64,000 bases of DNA. Source: Macrostomum lignano (taxonomy: Eukaryota). The notes under the pieces are model-generated. The model worked only from the letters and a program-made list of their open reading frames with translations, did not search any database and had not been told where the DNA came from. The position numbers and the translations under genes were made by a program. Of this stretch, positions 11,865 to 23,224 are shown piece by piece. Numbering within the stretch: position 1 is the first letter of the stretch; each line of letters starts with the position of its first letter. The stretch is from positions 1 to 64,000 of the forward strand of contig NIVC01000361.1 in assembly GCA_002269645.1 (NCBI GenBank), in the 5' to 3' direction.

Positions 11865-13604
11865 ATTGTTTTTTATTCTGTGGAAATTTTATTATTTGAT
11901 TAGTAAAATGTTGTTTTATTTAGGGGCCGAATTCCGTTACGGCAGGGATTTCAGAGTACGATTTAGAACAGGACCTGAAAAACCACACTTAATCTTCCTA
12001 ATCTTCCTCCATAACCAACATGAAAACTTAGACAACACCCCGTGTGTACCACGCTGCTTCTACCCGTTCTTACTCCAATCGAATCCGTTGCGCCGGACCC
12101 CTCGAAGCTTACATGTTATTGCCTTTTGCTATATCTCCTTTTTGCATGTTCCTGCCTATTTTAATTTACAAATACCGGTTCAATTGCTACTGCATTACGC
12201 GTCTATTCGCATACCGTAAATACTTTAATTGCAAAAAAATAATGCCTACCTACATTTTTGTTTTAAACGCCCTATTTTTGGTTATTTCCTTTTCAGAAGG
12301 ATCTTCCATTTTTAAATTCCTATTATGTCATATTAGGCCAGCAATCTTAACATTCGATATTTAATATTGACTAATTAATACCTATATAGTTATTTTAATC
12401 ACCTTTTGGATGAATAGCTCTCCATCAATCTCATGCAGTACTTGTTTTATAAATCCTTATTTGAATACTTTTTCGTTTCGTCAGCCGGTAGAGTTTGTTT
12501 GAAGATTCGTAGAAAATTTTTAGCCGCTCTTTTAAATACTATATTTTTACAAAACTCGTATTTATAGTTATACTAAATTTACCCTCCTGGCCTCCTCTTG
12601 AATTACTATTGTTCTCGTATTAAAAACATTGAATTATGCTGGCCAAACAGGCTTTTGTCTAAGCCAAACTTACTACTACTAGGCCTACTAGCTACTACTA
12701 ATAGTACTAATCCATCGATTGCTTGTACATAACATGGGTACATGGCTACCAGTACCAGCTAAGTCGTGAGTTTTTTTAATTTTACAAACTGCAAATATGT
12801 GCAAGGTGGTTTTGAACCTTGCAAGGCGGAAGTCAATGAATAATTTTTGACATAATTTTTTAAAAGCTACAATCCCTAAAGTGGTATATTATACTGGCAA
12901 TTATAAGTTATAACTTATAAGTAGCCTATCTTTTCACCAAACTGGTCAGTGGTCATTTTCTTTTTCCAAAATGCATATCCAATATACTAAAAATTCACTC
13001 TCTGAAGCATTTTTTGCCAAAAATTCCTTTGCTGAAATGGGCTACACTCCTAAATAGAACAAAGTCAATTTAATATATGACTGATTAATTTGAGGCATTA
13101 AAACTATATATTGTAGTCTCACTACTAGTTAGGCCTAGTAGCAAATTATATGTTATCTAGATAGACATGTACTATACAATAAAGTTTCATATTTAAATCC
13201 CCTTTCCTATATTTCAATACTTTACCCTAGTTAACTTTTTACTCAATACTCATAGACCAATAGGTCAAAATATTTCATTGTTTTTGCAGAAATGACTCCT
13301 AGCAGTAGGTTGCACTAGATGGCTACCTTTTTTGTGCTAGGTGTGGTTTCCATACGATACAAAATCCTACTGCTATACCAAAGTTGTAACAGGGCTGATT
13401 CTTCCTTCTTAATAATATCCCACTGCTAGCACCAAAGTTGTCGTAGGGCTTATAAGTTATTTCTGTCCTTCAAATATCCCACTAATTGCCACCAGCTGTG
13501 ACAGGTTTTAATTTCCCTCTATAAAGTTTCTACTGCTGATACTAAATTCTGCCTTTAGTATTTCTAACTGTTTCTTAGAATTTCATTTGAATATACTGGT
13601 AGTG

Positions 13605-13700
13605 TTTTTATGTATTAGTCTAGTAGCATCTTATGTATTAGTCTGGTAGTGTCTTATGTATTAGTCTGGTAGCGTCTTATGTATTAGTCTGGTAGTGTTC
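13605..13700. repeat. 23-bp tandem GTATTAGTCTGGTAGTGTCTTAT, about 4 copies
   Basis: Direct copies visible. Confidence 0.85.
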
Positions 13701-14661
13701 TTAGTATATGGCCTGAGCAGTCTTACTGGTATATGTACTTTCTCTATCCAGTCTGGGCATTACCAAGATTAGAGGGTCACAGCAATTATTCTTAATACTG
13801 CATTTGCATGAATTCCCAAATTTTCTCTCTCTATTCTTTAGTACACTTTCTTCGAAACACTCTTAGAATCTCTTACTGGTACAATGAATAATGCTTTGAA
13901 GATCTGAGAACATGTATTATTGAACTAGCTGTAACAATTTAATTCGCAAGAGCAAGTTGACTTCTTCTTCCCTAAACTTTGCTCCTATTTATACTAATTG
14001 TGACAAGTATATTTAAACAAAAGGCTATTATTTGAGAATATTTAGAAAAGTAAAACAACATATAAAAATTTTACGCGTACATTTGAAATAAAGCCTTTCT
14101 AGGAAACCCTACCACAACCTTCCTCCTCTTACTATAAATTTTGAACAATGAAGCACAGTGAAAAATTTATAAAAACTCAATTAAGTACAAGTACAATGCA
14201 CACATAATCATAGGTAAGTATGAACAAGCAAAACAAAAATTAAGCAATCATTCAGTACAGTGAAAAGGTTATAAAACTTAATAATACATAAAATGAAATG
14301 CACACACAGTCATAGGTAGTTTGTAAACATATTAAGCAAAAATCTAGATAATCACACTGAAAGAAACTAAGTAAAAGTGCAAAGTAATGCTAGAACATTG
14401 GTGCAAAAAGAAAAATAGGCATGTGATGTGTAAGGTGCAAGGCAAAAATATAAGCCTAAACAGACATATAGTTCAAGGAAAGTTTAAAAGTTTGGATAAG
14501 AGTTCACTAAAAGTTAATAGTTCAAAGTGTTCAGATCAAAAGTTCATACTTCAGGTTCAGAAATCACAATAACGTGGTAGCTTCCGATAGAAAGGCTAGC
14601 CGATCTGGCCCTGGGTGAAGCACCAATGGAGCTCAATGGAGAGCAGTAGGCGCTGCGCCGG

Positions 14662-15405
14662 CTAGGCATCACTACGGAGCATTTGCTGCAGCCGTTCGGC
14701 TATCTCCTGGAGTACTGCCACTGCTTCTTGGTGAGTGAATTGCTCCCGAAGAGTCCAAGGGTGTGGCCAAATCTGAGATCGCTGCAGCAGTGCTTCATCA
14801 AGCTGCAAGAATGCAATGCGCAGCAAGTATTGTTGAATGCTGTGGCGCGGGCACTCAACTTCGGCGCCTCTGGTCTCAATCAGCTGACAGACAATGTTGT
14901 GGTGATCTTGAGGCATTGACAGGCCTTGCCGCTAGGGAGATCGCGCTGGCGGAGCAGGCAGGCGAGATGATTGCGGCCGGGCGGATGATCTTCCTGAGGG
15001 CGGCGCCTCCACTGGAACTGCCATCTGCATAGAGTGACTGCAGGCGCCCCCGCCCTTCATTATGCAGGACTTGATAGGTGTAGCAGCTTGGTGCTCTAGC
15101 AATGCGGCCCTCTTTTCTTCAGGCTTGGTTGCTGGTCTCTCAGCGGACAGTGAACGTGGCCTCAGATGCTTAGATGCTGAGTTTCCACCGGCACTTGGCG
15201 GCTTTGGGCGAGTCTGCTGTCTTAGCGGAGCCTCATTCTCTTGGCGCTCCCGACGTTCTCATTTGAGTCGCTCTTGCTCTCATTGCTCTCGTTCTTGATT
15301 CTCTCGATCTTGCTGTGCTTGCTGTCCTTGCTCTTGAGGCTCTTGCTGATCGTTGTCCTCCAGCAGTGCTTGTAGAAATGAGTCAATATCATCATTGTTA
15401 TTCAT
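14662..15405 (-). pseudogene. Accessory ORF of the LTR element (248 codons; Q/E/R-rich N-terminus, helical C-terminus; 3 in-frame stops); no family recognised
   Basis: One frame from ATG at 15405 (MNNNDDIDSFLQALLEDNDQQEPQEQ...) to TAG at 14662, interrupted only by 2 TGA and 1 TAG; TATAAATA at 15503-15510, about 100 nt upstream. Confidence 0.6.
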
Positions 15406-15847
15406 GTCTACGCACAGTTCTTAGTATAATTCTTTGCAGGGATCTTAGAATTGCTCTTTGGATGTGTGAAATATGGTATCCTGCTAGCGGTCAGGGCATT
15501 CGTATTTATAGGCTGGCAGCCAAAAAGCTGGACCGCATAATTGTGTTCCACGCGGGCCTCAAGTGGGGGGTGCTCGGGTTGGCAGATTTGACACTTCGAT
15601 TTTTATAGATTTTCTTTAGATTTTTATAACTTTTTTATTTTTTAAGATTTTTCTTAAGTAATATGTCATATGAAAGCTTACATTTAGCAGAATAATATGG
15701 TTTTTCAGATTTGTTCTATGTACAACAGGTCAAATTTTATAGGCAAATAACTATTACTAATATGAAATTTTAACTAATTTACACTGGTTTCAATGGCAAT
15801 TCCCTGACGTCATTACCCTATTGTTCCAAATATCGCGCGTAGCACCT

Positions 15848-17204
15848 TTAGGGCACGAATCCGTTCACACCTTGCTGAGTCACTCTATCGCCTCGTGGTC
15901 TCAGATTATACCTTTCTACTGGCTGAGCTTCCTCATCTAACTCTATTGCTCCTTCCTCTTCTGATGGCTCATCTGAGTCAGTCACTCTCTGTATTCTCAC
16001 TATTCAATTCTTCATTTCCTTCATTTTCACTCTGCGAATTATTATCTGCAAACACTCTCCATTGAATTCTGTCTTTTTTGTCTGAGCTTTCCTCCTCTAA
16101 AATTTGAACTTCTGGAATTCTAACTTCTTTTTGTCTATGGCAAATTCTTTTCTTCGACTGTGGCGGTTCCTTCTTCTTAGTTTGTACTATTGCTGGTTCT
16201 AAATTGTTATTAATTTCTTCAGATAAATTAATTTTGGATTTTGGCACTGGAGTCAGATTATTTCTATGTTTCTCTTCAAACAACTTTGCAAATTCTCATA
16301 GCTTCTCCTCAAAATCTCATCTTCATTTCATCTCATCTCAACAACTTCTCGACTCAATATCTCAACTCAACCTTGACCTCTCAAAAGCTTCTCTGCTAAA
16401 CTCATGCCAGCTACAGCTCTACTGTCACGGGTCCTACAACTCTTAACTAATTCTCAAATCTCGAATCTCCTTCCGCTATCTCAGTTTGGCCTCATCAGTA
16501 GAATCGTAGAGATTCTGTATTAATCTGCTCTTTAGGCCTTACTGCCCTTCCTCTCCTGCATGGCCTGACTTTCTGAACCTTTCTTGGCTCTTCTGAAAGC
16601 GTCATTGGCCTTTTCTTTCTGCCTTTGGCCAATCCCCATTGGTCAAATATTGTTGACGATGCCTCAACAGCTCTCTGTACTCATCAGCACCACCATGACA
16701 GGCAAATCGCTCAATCAGACACTGCTTGACCTCCTCGTAACTGGCAAAACGTGGAAGATTCATACTAAGCAAGGAAGGATACGCAGTAGCCAAATCCAGA
16801 CTCGCAATGAGGTGTTGTTTTATCTCGAACGGGTCAACGATGCGCTCCATCTTGCAACGCTGCTCAAACGTGGCAAGCCAGACATGAATGTCTTGACTTG
16901 GAGTAAATTTCACAATTTTAACTTGTTTACTCTCGGGCCGCTCCATCTGCTGCTGCAGAGCTGCCATCATGGTCCTCACATCCTGGTGCGTGATGTTCTA
17001 GCCGATGTTGTCCAGGCCTTGCAGAAGCTCGTCTGGTGGGTCGTCGGACATGTCACTTCTCGCACCTTGCCTCGGCGTCGGCTGCTGACCAAAGTTGTTG
17101 ATCGCTGCTGCTGCTGCGGCGGCATCTGCTGCTGCAGGCCTCAAACTGCTAATGTGCTGATCCAGCTGGCTGCTGCACTGGCTCTTGTCTCGTTCATTGA
17201 ACAT
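15848..17204 (-). pseudogene. Ty3/gypsy Gag-like ORF (~450 codons) with 13 in-frame stops and one 4-nt duplication; acidic tail ending ERYNLRPR
   Basis: Capsid-like 'WLATFEQRC...EIKQHLIASLD..AY..L....SYEEVKQCLIERF'. ORFs 16998..17357, 16602..16979 and 15978..16283 share one frame. No PR/RT/IN follows. Confidence 0.8.
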
Positions 17205-17341
17205 GTTGAACTCGTAGTAGTTACTGGCCAATGTCGTTCTCAAAAGAGCGGTTGGCTTGGGTGTGTCATAGTTGGATCCCACCACTGCGTCACCAGTGTT
17301 GTACTTGGGGGTTTTCTTGGGGTGGCCTGGTAGGTCTTTGA

Positions 17342-17359
17342 ATCCCACTGCTGCCACCA
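17342..17359 (-). promoter_or_regulatory. Primer-binding site TGGTGGCAGCAGTGGGAT (complementary to tRNA-Leu 3' end, ...ATCCCACCGCTGCCACCA, 1 mismatch)
   Basis: Lies 1 nt after the LTR-terminal ...TACAACA; a second degenerate copy is at 17275-17295. Confidence 0.8.
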
Positions 17360-17360
17360 G

Positions 17361-18339
17361 TGTTGTACCTGTGGTTGTCCTGCTATATAGCGCAGTGACT
17401 TGGGCTCCATCCTCTCACTTAGAAGCCTTCTTAACTTTAGTAGCATAGGTAGTGCTGCCACTAGTTCCTTCAGGTCTCGGCCTTTGGTGAGGTGAGCTTC
17501 CCATTGGAACAAAATAACAAAGTCAACGAACACAGCACCTAGTGCAAAATTGCAGTTCAACAAACTAGGCGTCTCATCAGCAGTACCTGCCGGGCTTGGA
17601 TGGCAGAGGGAGGGCTGAGTTAGTCTTCCGTAGGCTTGGGCGCTTTAGTTGGGTCTCAGTCAGACCAATATGAACAGACTCAATGTATGCAAAGACTCAG
17701 ACACTCAGGATGTGATCTCGGGAAGAACAAGACTAGCATAGAACTAGACACCTTGATGGAAACAAGGGGGAGAGGGCTCCTATTTATAGCCGGGAAACAC
17801 CCACGCAGAAGACCCTCATGACTCATTCTATTTTTAGAACTGATGTCACTCGAGAGTCTTGGGCAAGGTACAAGCGTGCGGAAGACCTTGTGACTTGTTC
17901 TATTTTTAGAACTGACGTCACTTGAGGCCCCCGGCCAGAGTACACGCGGCTGTGACTCAGTTGCTATTTTTAGCAACATGAGTCACTCCTCTCCTTAGAG
18001 AAGGAAGGGGTCTGAAAGCACGTGACTCACCCAGTAAACAGGGCCAACAAGTGCAGTAAACATGTTTACTGCACTTTGAGACTGAAGAACGCAGAGTCTG
18101 TCATGTGACTTGCTCATATGACAGAGGAAAACGGGACAGGAATGAAACAGAGACAGCCCATAGCAAAGAAGCTAAGGGCTGAGAACGAAGATGCAGAAGG
18201 CCAGAACAGGCCAAGGGCAGCAGCAGACAAACGAAAGGGAGGGGCGGGAAGCTGACTAGCGGCAGACAGCAACCCAGGGCGAAGGCAAGGGAACAGCTGA
18301 CAAGGGCGATGCCTAACCATAAACTAGCGGCTCACTACA
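17361..18339 (-). mobile_element. 5' LTR (~980 bp) of a Ty3/gypsy-like element
   Basis: Begins TGTAGTG at 18339, ends TACAACA at 17361, TATA (CTATAAATAG) at 17780-17789, followed by PBS and gag. No matching 3' LTR was found in the window. Confidence 0.75.
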
Positions 18340-18609
18340 AATTCTAATGCTTTAATGTTTTTTATTATGCTTTTTAGACTTTTTAAATGCTAAAAAACAT
18401 TTTAGCAATGAGAAAATAATTTGATAAATAGTTTTATATCTGTATATAAGATCCAATTAAATGTGCTCATGAGCCACTGAAAACTAGATAGCATACCTAA
18501 CAAGCCTAACAAACAACTTCATTTGGGAGTACAAGATCTGTAAGCCAAAGTTTGCTAGTGAGGAATTTGCTTGCCAAAATCTGCTAGCCAAAATCTACTA
18601 GTTGAAATC

Positions 18610-19060
18610 TGCTAGACAAAATATACTAACCAAAGTCAAGAAATAGTGACCTTCCCCTAGCTTGTCAATTAAATCCTCATATAGCAGTAGATACATGGTG
18701 TTAGGTTAGGACCTGCTAAGGTTAGCATTGAGCCTTTAATAGTCTATGGCAAGCCTGAGCCATCCATCTTTTTCTTGGCACAAATGATTCGAATGGCCCA
18801 GGGTAACAAACTTGGCTATATCAGCCCAGTGTCTAATAGTTTATTGATTTTATACCACACTTCCCCTTCTTCAATCAGAGAGCTAGTGCACTTTTGTATA
18901 TTAGGGGACAGCTACTGGTTTCAGCCATGTTATATACAATATTGACTAATAGCAAACTCCCATCTTCTTTCTATATCATGTAATCAAACTTCTCCAATAG
19001 AGCATTAATTTCTTTCTGCTACTCCTCTGGGAGATCTGGGCTCACCTTGTAAAAAAACCT
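18610..19060 (-). pseudogene. Ty3/gypsy reverse transcriptase N-terminal fragment (decayed, truncated before the catalytic core)
   Basis: 'DLPEE*QKEINALLEKF...INKLLDTGLI*PSLLPWA..IICAKKK/DGWLRLAIDY*RLNA...EDLIDKLGEGHYFLTL' corresponds to the canonical gypsy RT start (PS.SPW...KKDG..R..IDYR.LN); contains stops and frameshifts. Confidence 0.85.
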
Positions 19061-20385
19061 TCCCTTTTATATATAGTGACTGCTTTCTCTATTTGGGCCA
19101 AGCTCAATGATACAATTGTAGAGGCTTGGGCAACTGTATCAGTGAGTCCCCTCCATTAGCTACAGCCAGATTTGCACTGCCACAAAAACTCTAGGTCACT
19201 CTACTGCTTGTGGCCACCCATAGTGGCCTTAATGACTAGGCCCAAATGCTCTCAAAATGTAATCCAAGCTAGCAAGGACATGTCTTTGCCAAAACTGCAA
19301 TTTAGCCTATATTCATGCAACTGGCATAGTGCAAAAAATGATTTGTCACTGGACAGTGGACATAACACATAACTTGTTTCCACCAATGTGAAGACTTGAA
19401 AATGCAAAGTTTGTCAATATCAATACTAGCAATAGACCAGCTTACAAGCCAAGATGCATATGTTTATCTTACTTTGCATATTTGCAACAACTTCTTCATG
19501 TTCATTTGCAACCCAGGGGTACACAGCATATACTGTGTCTTATCACCTTCTGCTTATGACAATGGACTCATTTCTAAGAAAGAGAACATTTTTATATCAG
19601 ACTAACATTTCCATGGTAGCAATGTTTGAAACAATTTATATTAATTCTAAGGCCTATTTGTAAGTAACTTTTGCATTGAAAAATTCATACATTTTCTAGG
19701 CACCAAATATTTTCTATTCATTTTTTGGAAGAAAAGTTCTTGTCTATATTTTGGATGACAAAAAATCTTATGCAGGCTACCATGTGCCACATTTCTCTTA
19801 TTGAATAGGGTATTATACCATTGGCAGTGTGGGGCTTTGTTTGAGGAAAGAAAAGAGAAAAATAATAATAAAGAAGAAAGATAAGAAAATTCTTAGGCCT
19901 TTATGTTCAAGGCCCCTTAAGTCATTTAAATTGCTCTGTCTATGCATTGCAAAAAGAAGCATGCATATAAAAATGTATCATGCATTTCATTATTAAATAA
20001 TCTTATTCTCTATATTTTTTATGCAATATTGTTCATAAGTTCAAATATCATATTCATTTTGTAACACTACAATGATCATTGTTAAATTCATAATCATTTG
20101 TGACTGAGGACTAGAGTCTTGGAACTCTGGAAGTTTAATATAATTCAAATGCATATTTAGTATTTTAGAAAATATTTTATTGATACCAATTGGCTCCTAG
20201 AATTTTATTTTGGTCCATCAAATTTTTAGACTTAGAGTGCCACTAGACACCATATGGTTCTGACAAAAGTCTTAGGTTAGAGATGTACTAAACTGCCTAC
20301 ATTGGAATTAAACATCTTCAATAAACAATAACTTTCAGCCAGCACAGCACTTGTCCAGCCCCCACACCTTAGCAACTGGTCCGTT

Positions 20386-20934
20386 ATGCTCCAGCAGCCC
20401 CCCGAGTCGCCAGACGAGTCGCCAGAGGATGAGGTGAGCATACCTCGGGCGGCGTTAAACAAATTCATCAAAGAGGTGGCGCCAGAAGCCAGAGTAACCA
20501 ACGACGCCAGGGACCTGTTAATCGCCTGCTGCAACGAGTTCATCCATCGCCTAGCAACCGAATCTAACAGAGTGTGCGGCCAGAGCAATAAGAAAACTAT
20601 TAATCCGGATCACGTGCTGCAGGCGCTCGGCTGCCTGGGCCTTGCCGAATACCGCGGCGAAGCCGAAGAGGCCGGACAGGGCGCTAAGCGCGAAGTTGTT
20701 GAGCGGCGCAAGCAGACAGCCAGCTATAAGTTCAAGAATTCCGGTCTGAGCTATGAGGAGCTGCTCAGCTTGCAGACGGAGATGTTTGCCAAAGCCCAGG
20801 CGCAGATGCTGCAGGAGACAGACGCTGTGACTGAAGAGGACGCCAGGCAGTTGCAGGAGGCCGCCGCTCTGGACGCGGCCGCTGGCGGAGCCGCAGCTGC
20901 AGCTGGCGGGTCAGCAGATGACGAGTATGATTGA
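20386..20934 (+). CDS. DR1: Negative cofactor 2 beta subunit (Dr1), histone-fold TBP repressor, 182 aa, no intron in the CDS
   Basis: 'SIPRAALNKFIKE...RVTNDARDLLIACCNEFIHRLATESN.VC..SNKKTINPDHVLQAL..LG', 'KNSGLSYEELL..Q.EMFAKA', Ala-rich and acidic tail. Confidence 0.96.
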   Translation: MLQQPPESPDESPEDEVSIPRAALNKFIKEVAPEARVTNDARDLLIACCNEFIHRLATESNRVCGQSNKKTINPDHVLQALGCLGLAEYRGEAEEAGQGAKREVVERRKQTASYKFKNSGLSYEELLSLQTEMFAKAQAQMLQETDAVTEEDARQLQEAAALDAAAGGAAAAAGGSADDEYD

Positions 20935-22199
20935 GTCGGCCGTGACCCATCCCGCTGGGAACCTATGGGGAACTTAAGCCTATGTAGCCTTGTGTATTGA
21001 GAGAGTGGGCAGTTTTCAGTAGTTGCTAAGACACTTGGGTGTGGTTAAATCCAGGTGAGACTTGGTTTCCTTTACTTTCATTGTTGCTTGTTTGATGACA
21101 GTAGACTTACTGTGTCTATTAAAAATGTTCTGCAACTTCAATATCGTATTGCTAATCCGTTAATTCTCTTTTCATTCGCTATTAGATTATCTTTGTTTGT
21201 CCTTCTTTAGCCCTGGATAATTAATTCTACCTGTTTCTGACTTACTGCAAACCCATGAACAGCTAGAAGGAGTAGACCGGTTGAAAATGTTCCCAAGACA
21301 AAAATCGCTAAAGTGTCATTGCAAACAACTCCCTGGTTTCTCTAGGGCCGACTTTTATGACTTAGCGACGAGCGCATCACGTAAGTTGCAGATGCGTAAG
21401 AGTCGCGAGAAAGTCGTCCAAGAGTGGTTGTGTTAACGATAGTAGAAATGCTTCATTTGTGATGCTGAAGTCCAGAATGTGAGGGATTAAGAATTCTGTC
21501 TCGCCAAGGAAGAAAATTCTTCAGTTGAAAACTGATTAGTCAAGTTAATTTTTCTTAACTGGAAATTTTCTCTGGCTGTTCCTTCTGTTAGAATTATCTA
21601 TTATTATAATTTATTATTATAATCTCCTGGTTAACTTTTCATTGTAAGTAAAAATGCTTTGCTTACTACTCATAGCGACTAGCGAGTTTCAGGATCACTA
21701 GAAGTAGAAGGATGAGACACCTGGTCTCTAACTGCCGTGGCTGGACTCGCCATTCTCGCCATGTAACTTAAAATAATCTATAGCAAATAAATGCTTATCA
21801 TAATATATATTCTATCTGCCTGCCAGTGTGCGTGTCCCGTGTCCTGTTCCAGCGGGTGCATTTTTAGCAATGCTTAAAAAATCTGCACCTTCTTGTTTGT
21901 CAATTACATTACTATTACTATATTATTTTGTAATGTGCTTCAGTTTCTAAAAAATGGTGTTTCAAGTTGAAAATGTATGCGAACACATATATAAATATGT
22001 ATTTTACACGATTGGTAATTTGTTTGCCATTATTTCTACACGTTGGTCGTTTAAGAATCGATATTTATTATAAGAGTCGAATGTCATCAGTTGCCCGAGG
22101 TAATTATCAGTCAGTTGCTTGTACTGTAAACTGCTTGTAAACAGGCATTTTTACTACTAACTATATAGATATACAAGTACACCGACATCTCGCTTCCAG

Positions 22200-22560
22200 C
22201 CCATAAGGTTCATTGATAGAGCCCCTCATAGAGTACTCGGTGCCCTAGCCTTGATTTAGCTGCAGGGGGGCTCCGGACATCCGGATACAGCAGGGGAGGC
22301 GTTGCCGCCCATTCCGCTAAACCCCTGGCGACCACGGGCAGCTGGTGCTGTGGTGTCGCGCCGGGAGATCCGGTGGTGTCGGTGTCCGTAGCGCGCTCCC
22401 CCCCCCCCAAGAGTCCAGGAGGTGGATGGTCGCTCGCCTGGTAGCCCTCAGGTAGCGGACGAGCTGGCAGAGGTTTGGGAAGAGGTAGGTAAACCTGTCC
22501 TGAGTAAAGGCGGGGCATTCGCAGGTGAAGTGCTCCACATTCTCAACATAAGATAGGGAG
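22200..22560 (-). mobile_element. 5'-truncated 3' end of a non-LTR retrotransposon (LINE)
   Basis: 'ENVEHFTCECPAFTQDRF' matches the ET.EH....CP.....R tail of the C-terminal CCHC zinc knuckle of LINE ORF2; GC-rich island within AT-rich DNA. Confidence 0.55.
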
Positions 22561-22779
22561 ACGATGCTATGGCCGTAAAGGAATAAAGCATTAATTATCT
22601 ACCAATTTTCAAGGGCTATAACTCGTGTACCTAACAGGAGTCAATTAATTATGGAATCTTGCAGCTATCTAAAAATACCTGGAGGAGGGGAGTACAGCCT
22701 ATTGAAAGCGCAAATAACTCCTAAGATTAGAAATTCTTTTAGTTAGAGGCAGGAGGCTGTGTGGCTGTGTGTGCGCACT

Positions 22780-23056
22780 TTAAGCGACATTGTCACACAA
22801 CCGATGAGAGGCATTACTGCCCATTCCGCCGACTCCCCTGAGCAAGCACACACACAGAAGTGTACAGCGGCCCTAACTGTATTTTCGATAGGCATGTACA
22901 CTTCACTGTGCCTTCGGGTTGGCCTTCAAGGGCGTTAATTGCGCACGAGCAGAGCCGAGTCGAGATTCCAATTTAGCCCCAAATTAATGTGACTGCACTT
23001 GGAATCGAGCCTGGGCCACTGGTACATCAGAGCGCCGCATCAGACCACTGGGCTAA
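22780..23056 (-). mobile_element. tRNA-derived SINE, family B
   Basis: Minus-strand head TAGCCCAGTGGTCTGATGCGG...GGCTCGATTCC (A and B boxes); body shared with 4400-4540 and 35160-35330. Confidence 0.7.
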
Positions 23057-23224
23057 GCCCCCCCCCCCCAAAGTTAATTCATCCGATTCCATGTTTATAT
23101 TGAATAAAAAATGCGTCTTCATTTTTATACCTAGTGTTAGTAGCAAATAATTCTACTTTCCAATCAGTAGTATGATTCAACCCCAACAACAGACTTATTA
23201 TTTATATTATTGCAGCTAAAAGCG

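Noticed and set aside
12400-14600. 3' LTR or continuation of pol for the gypsy elements
   Set aside because: No copy of the 17361-18339 LTR beyond a 13-nt TATA-context match, no polypurine tract, and no RT/RH/IN motifs recognisable
900-17600. CTGATGA cores (minus strand near 945, 16495, 16685, 17575) as hammerhead ribozymes
   Set aside because: No properly placed GAAA or stems II/III were found
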